Below are positions 1-9,972 of a stretch of DNA of 64,000 nucleotides, piece after piece (within the stretch, counting starts at the first letter, position 1; every line of letters begins with the position of its first letter). The stretch spans positions 6,008-70,007 of the forward strand of contig JAANOX010000102.1 of the NCBI GenBank assembly GCA_020184695.1, in the 5' to 3' direction. The notes under the pieces were generated by a model, which had not been told where the DNA came from, did not search any database, and worked only from the letters and a program-made list of their open reading frames with translations. The position numbers and the translations under genes were made by a program. Source of the DNA: Histomonas meleagridis 2922-C6/04-290x. Its lineage: Eukaryota; Protista; Parabasalia.

Positions 1-356
1 GAAAAATTCGTCGAAGTGAGAAAATGATTAATGAATTAATTAATTTGTTTGAATAAAGAAATAACAAATGTTAATACAAATGAATAAAATATTTGAGAAT
101 CAATCAATTGTACATCACAATTTCATATTAAAGATTTTTTCGATGAAAGAAACTTTTATTATGTCGGAATGGCTTCGAAGCTTGTAATATGTTTTATTTA
201 AAATCATTTATTTTTTACTGAAAATAATATGTAAAAAAAACTTTTAATCGAATCTTTTATATATTAAATATTTCCAAATACATCTTTATTTAATCATGTG
301 TTTATTTATTTATTTTGATATAGACAGTTTATTTATTTTGATAAAGAACTTCTTTA

Positions 357-790
357 GTGTTTTCGCTACCAAAGTATCCTTGCGCTGTAATGTGTGTCAT
401 ATCTTACATTATTGATGTAACAGTTGCTGCAGCATTAATAGCAAAGCGTCCCCAGCTATAGACACCAATGATTCCAATCTTTTTAGTATCAACGTTATTA
501 GGTATTGATATATAACCAACAGCTGCTTGATAATCTTCATTGTTGATATCTGGATAAGCAACATAAGTTGTATGCAACTTTCGCCTGTATATGATGGGTC
601 AAATGTAACAATTGTTAAAAAGCCACTTTCAGCTAAAGTTTGTGCATAAAGACCAGCTTCTTATTCTTTATCAGCTCCGAGGGGACCACAAGCTGCAATT
701 ACTGGAAGTTTGCTTTGAGAATTAATTGGCTCATATAAATCAGCATCTAATGAGAAACCATAACGATTATAAAATTTGATCTTGAGATAT
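357..790 (-). pseudogene. Decayed bacterial-type alpha/beta hydrolase (YcjY-like)
   Basis: Manual minus-strand translation gives KIKFYNRYGFSLDADLYEP..LPVIAACGPLGADKE*EAGLYAQTLAESGFLTIVTFDPSYTGES /fs/ VAYPDINNEDYQAAVGYI..VDTKKIGIIGVYSWGRFAINAAATVTSIM*DMTHITAQGYF. This is colinear with the bacterial consensus as I recall it (FKNRYG..DLY..GPFGAVKEQ..GLYAQ..FDPSYTGESGG..VASPDINTEDF..RIGIIGICGWGG..STMYDMS). In-frame TAA stops at 661-663 and 404-406, and a frameshift near 585. Confidence 0.85.
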
Positions 791-944
791 CGAAATAAAG
801 AGCCGTTCTCTTATTTCGATTTTGATCAATAGATTTAGAGATAATTGTTAATAATTATCACTGTAGGAATGGTGATGATTTGGCCAAAACATTTACACAG
901 AATTTTTCAAATTGATTTCATATAAAAGTTTTATTAAACAAAAA

Positions 945-1675
945 TTAGCGAGTAACAACGGTGTCTTGGAAGGATCCACTTTCCAAAAGAAAGTTTTGGA
1001 TGTGTTGATGCTTCATCAGAATTGCCCAATGATAAGGAAGGCAACCAGTGTTATCCTTAATCCTCACATCAGCGCCATTTTGTATCAATGTGTTTATCAA
1101 CTCTATATTTGGCTTACATGCTGCAATATGAAGTGGAGTTAATCCAATATCATTTTTTGCATTAATGTTACAACCATTTTCACAAAGGAACTTAACCATC
1201 TTAATTTCTTCGTTTGTGACAGCAATGTGAAGAGGAGACATATTTCTTTTGTTTAAGATGTCTAAAGATACATGATGAATTGCCCAAAGGTAATAAACCA
1301 TTCTTGTACGATTAAACATCACTGCGTAATGGACTGGTGTGTTTCCCTCTTTGTCAACAGCTGAAAAGTCAATATTTTGGTTGTCAGAAATTATTTCAAG
1401 AATTTCGGTTGATCCTCCAGCAGAAGCAAAAGTGAACAAGCTTCCTTTGGAAGTCATCAACAAAGAGAGTATCAGCACCGTGCAAGAATAGGTATCTAAA
1501 GCGTTTTGAGGCTGAAAAGTAAGCAGCTGCACAAATCAGCGATGGTCCATTTTGAAGTATATCTGGTATTGCTACAGACCTATACCTGATGGGAGAATCG
1601 ATGTCAACACCATTTTGGAGGAACTTTTCCAATCCCGCCAAGTCGTCAGCTTTGATCACAGAAAGGAGCGCGCAT
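945..1675 (-). CDS. Ankyrin-repeat protein, reading frame broken by 1-nt indels
   Basis: ORF 1396-1659 (..RKLVHF) joins ORF 945-1532 (ASAGGSTEILE..GNTPVHYA..MSPLHIAV..LTPLHIAA..CLPYHWA) if one T is removed from the run at 1428-1431. The likely ATG at 1675 is also out of frame by one base. Could be an assembly error or a recent pseudogene. Confidence 0.75.
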
Positions 1676-2151
1676 TTTTATTTATAAAGTGTCAATTTGC
1701 CCGCTCATTAACCGCTTTATTTCACAGACGATACTTTTAAATTATATCAAATATTGACAGTCTCACAAATTTGATATAATTTAATCGAACACAAATAACT
1801 TTAAATAAAAATTATAACTTAATTTTATTTTATTTAACTAAACTAAAATATTGAAGTTATAATTATGAATAAATTTTTTTGTCTTTTTGTTGAAAATATA
1901 ATAAAATATTTATATTTAAAAAACAAACAAATTTGAGAATAAACAAAAAGTTCACTTTTAACGTCAAAAAAACACAAACGGCCTCTATCGCTAAACGACC
2001 TCTTTTTTCGCGGCAAATCAAGTTTCATTCCGAAATGTATATCTCTTTGTAAAATTATAAAAATAACGAAACCTTTGAATTTTGTCCTTTATAAATTTTT
2101 AACATTACGAATAACCCAATAATTTTTGGAAATCATTTTTTCTTCAAACAA

Positions 2152-2560
2152 TTATTCACATTCAGACATTTTTTGCATTGAAATGATAACTTTGTGTGCA
2201 TTAACACATTTTCGAACACATTTCTTACTGTAGTTATTCATATTCAGACATTTTTTGCATTGAAATGATAACTTTGTGTGCATTAACACAATTTCGAACA
2301 CATTTCTTACTGTAGTTATTCACATTCAGACATTTTTTGCATTGAAATGATAACTTTGTGTGCATTAACACATTTTCGAACACATTTCTTACTGTAGTTA
2401 TTCACATTCAGACATTTTTTGCATTGAAATGATAACTTTGTGTGCATTAACACATTTTCGAACACATTTCTCACTGCAGTTATTCACATTCAGACATTTT
2501 TTGCATTGAAATGATTACTTTGTGTGCATTAACACATTTTCGAACACATTTCTCACTGCA
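2152..2560. repeat. Tandem array, 5 x 82 bp
   Basis: Unit ttattcacattcagacattttttgcattgaaatgataactttgtgtgcattaacacattttcgaacacatttcttactgtag starts at 2152, 2234, 2316, 2398 and 2480, with only a few substitutions and no spacers. Confidence 0.95.
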
Positions 2561-2614
2561 TTAAAATTTCATCACAGAAAATACATTTATAGAATTTTAT
2601 TATTTTGCAAATGT

Positions 2615-5600
2615 TTACTTACGACGGAATTGATAAAGAGTTCTTTCTTCATCTTGTAATTGTTTTCTGTTTTGGTTTACCACCTGTTGCATGTTTAGCT
2701 TTCTAATCATTGGGTTATTCGTCTTCTTCTGGGGCTTCTTTGCTTCTTCTTCGTTTAATTTCTCGTCCACAATTTGCTCTGCTCTTGCGATTACGCTATC
2801 TGAGTAACGCGCGACTTCTTTCACGTGCTTACTCATGATTCCCTCCGAGTCACCACCTTTCACGAGCACTTGTGACACCAATGCAGCGATTGATGCCTTA
2901 ATAATTCTTGAAGCAGCTATAACTTTAAACTCCGCGTCTTTTTCGGAGCCCGTCACTAATATCTCAGCGCATATTAACAACAATTCCGCTGCCTCTGATA
3001 AGTCTTGTGCAGCTCGAATTAGACCTCTTTCGTTATCTATTTTTCCGAAGTTTGCTAACAATTGCGCAGTGATTTCTTGAGCTCTTTTAACAATTGCTGA
3101 AGACGCTGCAAAGATTGGAGTAGCACAAGAGATCAAAAACGCAGGTAATGTACCTTCGGCAGCTTTAAGGTTTTGTATGTTTTGTGTCGCATCGATTTCT
3201 TCTGATTCGATTTCTTCCATATTCACTTGATTCTCAAATTCTTTTAGTTTTGCACTCATAGCTTCAATAGCATTAGCAGTTGCATTTAATTCACGTGTAA
3301 CTTCATTCATTGATTCATCTTCTTCAACAACAATTTCGATTTTAGATGCAGTCTCTGCTAATTCCATACATTTCTCTATTGACGTGTTATATAATTGGAT
3401 TGCTTCTTCCATATCATGTGCAAATGTTGGGACTCTTAATAAGCGATTCTTCATTGCTGATTGGATACTATTAATAGCATTAGCAAACGCATGTAATGCA
3501 GTTTGTTGTTCAACTTGATAACGTGAATCAACTGTAGCGACTGCCATAATCAATGCTTTCTCAGCAAATGTATTTGATACATTATTTAACTCTTCAATTT
3601 GTTGTAATAATTCTCCTGATGTAGCTAATGTAGTATCAATGATAGCCTTAAAGTTGACCATCATTTCATCAACTTGTCGTTTAGCTAATGTTAAATCTTG
3701 TAACGCTTCACTTGGAGATGGTGCAGATTTAGGTAACGCTGGTATCTTATAATCAGATGGTATCTTTGATGCTGATACTGGATCTGGTTCAATGACTATT
3801 CGATCTGTTAATGATGGGCCAAGTATAGCCATCTTATGCGTGATTTGACAGACGTCATTAATCGGTGAATATAATGGCTTAGGTGAGAATGAGATATTAA
3901 AGTCAATCTTCTTTGAGATATCTATAAGTGTATTAACTTGTGTTTCTAATTGTGACATTAATGATCCTATTTCTGTCGATGATTGTCCAACTGCTTTACT
4001 ACGAACTACTGATACTGAATTATTTAATTGGTTAATACTATCTTGAATGTTTTCGATGATTTCTTCATGACTTGATGTATACATTTCTGGAACTAATGAC
4101 GTAGAAACTAATGCATTAAGTCGTGCAATTTGAACTATAACTGTGGATAAATTCGTATACATTTGATTTTTGGTGGATTCAAATTCCGAATATTCAGTCG
4201 ATTGTTGTTGTGGATTTTCGACAATATTTATAAATGCATCAAATTGTTTGGACATTTTACGATTAATTCGTCGTAATTCGGATGATAAATCAGTTGTTTT
4301 CTTTTGTGAGATTTGGAATGATAAATCAGTAAATTCTTTTAATGCTATAGATAATTCACTATAACAATCAACAAATGTAGCTGATAATGGTGTAAATGCT
4401 AAACCTGCTAACATTAATGAATGCATTGTTAAGACTGCTGCATCTGATGCACTTAATAACATCGATTTTAATGGCTCTGATAATAAATCATCATTAGTAT
4501 TATGAGTTTTAGCTAATTGTAATATTTGATTAACATCTTCTCGAAAGATATCCGCTTTATCATATACAAAATCACAAACTGTATCTCCATCACGAATACG
4601 ATCTAAAGCTAAAAATTGATTTGGTATTAATTCTAATAACTTTTCACTAAATATCGAAATATATTTATCAATTAATTCTTTAGTTGTTCGATTAGTAATA
4701 ACTAAATCTAATAATTCATTAACATTTAAATCATTTTGTGGTGATATTTGATAAAATGCTTGAAGTTCTTTAAGTCCATAAATTGTAGATAATGTATCTG
4801 TTAATTGGATTGAATTACCTTTATTACGTAATATACTTAATGATATTAATATCTTCTTTAATATCTTTGCTAAATAATCATTCATTTCTTTTTGTTTAAG
4901 TTTCGAAATTGGTGATAACGCTAATATTTGTGCTACATATCCATATATTTTCATTAATTGTGGTTGTGAATTACGTCCACTTTCTAATAAATCTCGTGAT
5001 ACTTCAATGAATTGCTTATGTAATTGTGATACTATAGGTGCTACTGTTTTACCGAAACTATTTTCATATGATGCAATTGATACTGAAAATGTTGCGAAGT
5101 TTTCAATAAATGATGAACGATCATTTGTAGAACCTGTTAATAATTGTGTAATTGCATTATTAATTTTCGTTGATGAATCAGAAATTTCTAATACTTTAAC
5201 TTGTGTAGCATCGAACCATTGATTCATTGCACTACGAACATCTGCATTAGTACTTTTCTTCATAGAACGTACTATAAATTGAGCAAATTGTTTAAGTGCT
5301 GTAGAATGTAATGAAGAAGCCATTGAATCAAATCGTTTAATTTCTTGTACGTCATCAGGTACATCATATTGTAATGAAGGTTGAGGTAATGCTAATACTA
5401 TCTTTAATAACTCATCAATCGATTTAAGGATTGAAGCTGCATAAGTTGGGAAATGTGCAGCTTCTGCTGGATTTTGTCCACATGCTACACTAATAGCTAT
5501 AGGCCAAATGATATCAATTGATGTACGTAATGTTTTCATTGTAGGTGATAATGTAGCACCTGCATTAGGTTGAGTTTTAATTAATGCATCACATATTAAG

Positions 5601-7621
5601 ATAAATGTTAATGGTATAGATAAGAAATAACAAGATGTAGCATCAACACGATTAATAATAGTTTGATATTCTTTAAATAATTCTAATGATCGTGATAATG
5701 ATCCAATCATTCCACAAATGAAATAACTTGTGTTTGAATAATTACGTAATAATTGTAATGATAATGCTAAGTTTGGTATATTATTTAAAAAGTCTTGTAA
5801 ATATTTTCCGATGATTGTTTAAATAAAATTGAAAACGCTAAGTTTGAAGTAGTTGATACAACTTTATTATATTCATTACCAATCTTTGTTAAATCGATGA
5901 TATGTTTAATTAATGAATTAATATCTCCATAATTACCTAATGTAATTTCGGGTGTAGTTTGCATTATAGTTTGTATACCTGAAACTATTACTAATATGTT
6001 TTTGTAATGATGTTTGATTACCTAATGTTGATAATATAGAAATTGGAAATGATAATACATCTAATATCGATTGTGATCGAAGTTGTATAACTGAAAATAT
6101 CGTTAAATAAAATTGATTCAACCATCGTGTAAATCGATTACTTAAGATTGTGATTTGTGTATATAATCCATTAAGTTGTCCTTTAGTATCAACATCTGGA
6201 CAACTTGTAACAAGTTTATTTAATGGTATTGGTAATGCTGCTAATGCATCGAAGAATCGTTGTTGAATTAATATGAAATCATTTGATTCTGGTTCAAAGT
6301 CTTCGACGTTTTTGATTGCTGATAAATAAAAGTTCGTTTCATTAAGTGTGGTATCATTAAAGAATTCAAGATTAGTATCAATCACTGAGATAATTTGTGA
6401 TACTATTTTACCGACTTCTTTAAATATCGATTTTGTTATTAATACAATTTTCTTTGTGATATTAATTAATAATTCTTCTGACTTATGGAAATCGGGTAAT
6501 ATAAATGAGGCATAACGAGAAATGCTAATTAATGTGATCGCAGTTAATTCAGGATCAGTTTTACATATGGATATTAACGTGGCAAAGGTACTATATGCAC
6601 CAATGACATTGTTTCCTAATGGCGCAATCATGTCACGAGTTTGTGCTAAGAGATCTTGACCTAATTGGATTAACGAATCAAGTGGCTTTTCATTGAGATA
6701 ATCTTGAACTAAGTCTTTGATAAACTGTGTGATCGATTTATATAAGATTTTGGTGGTGATTTCATTGATAGCTTGAATCGAGGTGGTTAACGCATTAGAT
6801 GCTTGGGCAAAGTCATCGGATTCTGTGATTAATGGCTGAATTGTACCAATTAATGCTGCTAATGATGGGAATTGTGTGATGATTTGTGGTAATGCTTTGA
6901 GAATTCCTTCAGTAGAATTACGTGGTGTTTGGAAAAGAGTTTGTGACATGCCACTAACTACTTGGATCCATTGCGTTAATTGTTGTGAATGTGTTGGAGA
7001 TGCTACGATGTTTTTATTGGATGATAAAAATACAAGTTCTATGTATAATTGATCAAGTGTTGCAATGGCTGCAGCTATTTGGTGTGATATTTGGTGTTCA
7101 GATTGTTGAATACGTTCTAAACGATATGAATATTGATTTTCACAATTAGCAACAGCTTCAACAATCTTATCAAAGAATTGAAGTACAAAACCAACCTTTT
7201 GTGAAAGTGCATCTTGATATTGAACCATTGATGTTGCTGATGGAGATGCTAAATGTGGAATGTATGTTTGAATTTCTTGTAACGCTTGAAGTGCACCTGA
7301 AAGAAATGGAGCACACTTTTGGGATTCATCATTAAAGTTTGGATCATGTGATTCAATAGTTTGTTGAAGAATAGGAATTAATTGCATAATTTTGGCATAA
7401 TCAGATCCTATTATGGGTTGTGGACCTTGCGATATTAATGGAAGTCTTTTTAAGATATCATTTGTCAGAGAACGAAGAGCCGTTGCCATTCTTGATGATC
7501 TTGCCAATGCACAACCTATTTGATTGAGTTGCAAGGCAACACGATCATCAGATATGATTTCTTCCATTTTCTTTAGTTGAAATTTGGAAATAGTTTGGGC
7601 AAAAGGGGCGAAAGAACTCAT
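2615..7621 (-). CDS. Talin/HIP1R-like helical-bundle protein with C-terminal I/LWEQ (THATCH) domain, ~1668 aa after repair
   Basis: ORFs 5933-7621 and 2615-5710 are in the same frame (1911 nt apart). Removing one A near 6001 and adding one A near 5820 gives a stop-free bridge (QNILVIVSGIQ..AFSILFKTIIGKYLQDF..ICGMIG). The C-terminus ERGLIRAAQDLSEAAELL..FKVIAASRIIKASIAALV..IRKLNMQQVVNQNRKQLQDEERTLYQFRRK resembles the I/LWEQ core plus dimerisation helix. Confidence 0.75.
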
Positions 7622-7636
7622 TGATCAATAATTAAA

Positions 7637-7644
7637 AAACCGCT
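7637..7644 (-). promoter_or_regulatory. M3-like core promoter element
   Basis: agcggttt matches the trichomonad M3 consensus DRCSGYTD and lies 15 nt upstream of the ATG at 7621. Confidence 0.5.
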
Positions 7645-7934
7645 GACAGTTTAAACAACTTTTTGAATGTGATAACACAATTTGTTAATTTATATAAAAG
7701 TGAAAAAAATGAAGATGAACTTGAATTGCTTTAACATATTCAAAATAATTAATAAACATTATAAAGTGTAATAGACTTGGAACCACAATCAATTTTTATT
7801 TTTAATTTCTTCTGCAGAATTATCTTCATTTATAATTTTTATTTCGAAGATTCAAGTAAATTTTATTTTTAATATGTAAAAATGTTTATTTTTTAGTGTG
7901 TGTATGTAAAAGTCATATTAATTTTTTTATTAAA

Positions 7935-9293
7935 TCAAAATCGTTCTCCTCTTCTCTGTCTGACAAATGCACCTGTTGGAAGTGCCAACAAGTCAGCGTT
8001 TAGAGGGCTTAGATTTAATTCGAATTTAAATTCCAACACAGGTTTTGGTGCTTGTTTTGCAAACGAAAATGTTTCATTAGCAGATGAAACAATCACATCA
8101 TATTTGTCTTGTGGAGGAAGTGCATTCTGGCAGAAAACAGACACATCTGCTTCATTATCAGGGAGTATTAATGCAGGCCAATCCTTTTCTGTTGGCTCGC
8201 CATAAATTGGTGAGTCGGCGACCGTTTGTATTTTGTGTGCGTTCTCAATTTTGACAGGTTTGATGTGAAAATGATCGGCAAGAAATGCTGAAATTGACTT
8301 CTCGGCATTACAGATCGAAGTAGGATATTTATCATCAACAAGAACACAATTCCTGTTTGGGTAACAAGAATCGTTCTTTGCAGAAAATGAAGCAGAAACT
8401 TGGACGACAGAAACTGATTCTGTTTCAAGAGCTTGAAAAGCTGGATGTTTGCTTGAACCTGAAATGTTGACTTGGATAACGACATCTGCTTGTTGTGCTG
8501 TGATAGTGCTTGGATGATGTGTAATATCATCACCAAACGTAAAATCATCAAACGCATAAATAAGAAGATGGGAAGAAAAGAAACATGGAAGAGAGTTAAA
8601 TCCAACAAAGCAGATCATATCGCATACATCATTTCTAAGACGAAGTGCTTCATGTGAAAATGATCCAAAATCAAAAACAATGTAAATTTCGTAATTCCTG
8701 CTTAAAAGAGCTGAACACATAGCTTGAGTATGTCCATCAAAGCAGAATTTGTGTTCATCAAATTGACTTTGATTTTTGATTTGGATGAAATCAGGAGTTT
8801 CAGTTTTACGTGGGAAAAATGAAACTAACCCTGGGATGACAACAATTGGCTTGTGTTTGGATTCTCTGTATATTGATAAAATTTTGATTAAAATTGGAAT
8901 ATCAAATTGTGTATCAGAGAAAAATGAAACCAAAGCTTTTGTAGGCTGAAGTTGAGTTTGTTCTAAACTGTGACTAACAACAGTGCATTCTGAAGCTAAA
9001 CATTGTGCTGCTAAATAGAGATAAAGACTGCTTGTTACACATGCAGATGAAAAGATACATTGCTTAGTTTCATTTAAATAATTTTGGAAAGGACAATACT
9101 TGATAATCTTAATTCCAGATGGATAAAGTGGTCCAGAAAGTGATTTGGGGTATGTAGTTGTTGTCTTATCACAGATTTTTTCAAAGCTTAAAAAAAATTG
9201 AACTTCATAGCGATCATCGCTTCTGTATATAGTATTGAAGATATGAAATGCAGATGGATCTGCACCAATTATAACAATTTTTGTCCGATTCAT
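7935..9293 (-). CDS. Divergent COG2403-family protein (cDPG synthetase/arginine synthetase-like) lacking the Walker A motif
   Basis: KIVIIGADPSAFHIFNTIYRSDDRYEVQFF, YPKSLSGPLYPSGIKI, THHPSTITAQQADVVI, NCVLVDD and KPVLEFKFEL are colinear with the prokaryotic family as I recall it (RVIIMGAAGRDFHNFN..YEVVAF, YPPELAGxLYPxGIPI, YHPGETNFRxADVII, RVLVVED, KPAVRVRYEL). No GK[ST] at the expected position. Confidence 0.75.
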   Translation of the reverse strand: MNRTKIVIIGADPSAFHIFNTIYRSDDRYEVQFFLSFEKICDKTTTTYPKSLSGPLYPSGIKIIKYCPFQNYLNETKQCIFSSACVTSSLYLYLAAQCLASECTVVSHSLEQTQLQPTKALVSFFSDTQFDIPILIKILSIYRESKHKPIVVIPGLVSFFPRKTETPDFIQIKNQSQFDEHKFCFDGHTQAMCSALLSRNYEIYIVFDFGSFSHEALRLRNDVCDMICFVGFNSLPCFFSSHLLIYAFDDFTFGDDITHHPSTITAQQADVVIQVNISGSSKHPAFQALETESVSVVQVSASFSAKNDSCYPNRNCVLVDDKYPTSICNAEKSISAFLADHFHIKPVKIENAHKIQTVADSPIYGEPTEKDWPALILPDNEADVSVFCQNALPPQDKYDVIVSSANETFSFAKQAPKPVLEFKFELNLSPLNADLLALPTGAFVRQRRGERF

Positions 9294-9296
9294 CCC

Positions 9297-9311
9297 AATG
9301 AAAAAACCGTT
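9297..9311 (-). promoter_or_regulatory. M3 element plus initiator (Inr)
   Basis: Minus strand reads aacggttt-ttTCATT-ggg-ATG: an M3 consensus followed by a TCAYW Inr directly before the start codon at 9293. Confidence 0.65.
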
Positions 9312-9972
9312 ACAGTTTTCACAACACTATCCTAAAAAGTGACATGGCAAAAATTTTTTACAATTTTGAACTTTCGCTTCACTTTCATTACATTACGCTG
9401 AATTTAATTAAATCGTTTCTAAATCAATCTATTCATATTTTTAAAGGTTGCTATAAAACTCTACAAGGAACCTCTATTGAAATAATATTTTCATCATGAT
9501 ATTTCATTTAAATATAAATAATTAATTCATATTTGCTAAGTTCGCAGCATATTTATTTTCATTTGTTTTATAATTTCAAATATATCATTCATTATATAAT
9601 ATATTTTTATATATAATATAATATGTCAGTTCCACACTCCAGAGTATTAAGTTGTTCAAGGGGTTCTTGCTTAAGTTGACACTAATATTCATAGTCCACA
9701 GCAAAATCAGAATGTTAATAATGTAGTTAACCCATATGATAAAGTTGGCACTATAGTGGCTCAAGCACACAGTGCGACGTCAAATATAATGACAATGAAC
9801 TTAATGATAATAAAAATAATATTGTAGATATTATAATATATAATAATTAATGTTTAATGACTTAAGCCATCAAAAGATTTTTTTTTATAAAATTAAATTT
9901 CAACATTTATACACAAAAAAATATTTTTTACAAATTTCCAACAACAAAACATCTGTTTAGAATAAAAACACA

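Noticed and set aside
357-790. TAA reassigned to Gln (a stop falls at a conserved Gln position)
   Set aside because: Conserved C-termini end at standard stops (Rab GCGC-TAA, phosphatase YFL-TAG, TOR CPFW-TGA), and the second stop here replaces Tyr. Ordinary decay explains it.
2152-2560. CRISPR array interpretation of the 82-bp (and 27-bp) repeats
   Set aside because: Units are head-to-tail with no unique spacers, there are no cas genes, and the context is eukaryotic.
5820-6003. Programmed ribosomal frameshifting or an intron in the talin-like gene
   Set aside because: The two shifts are opposite and compensating, both sit in homopolymers, and no branch-point or splice motif is present; sequencing error is simpler.
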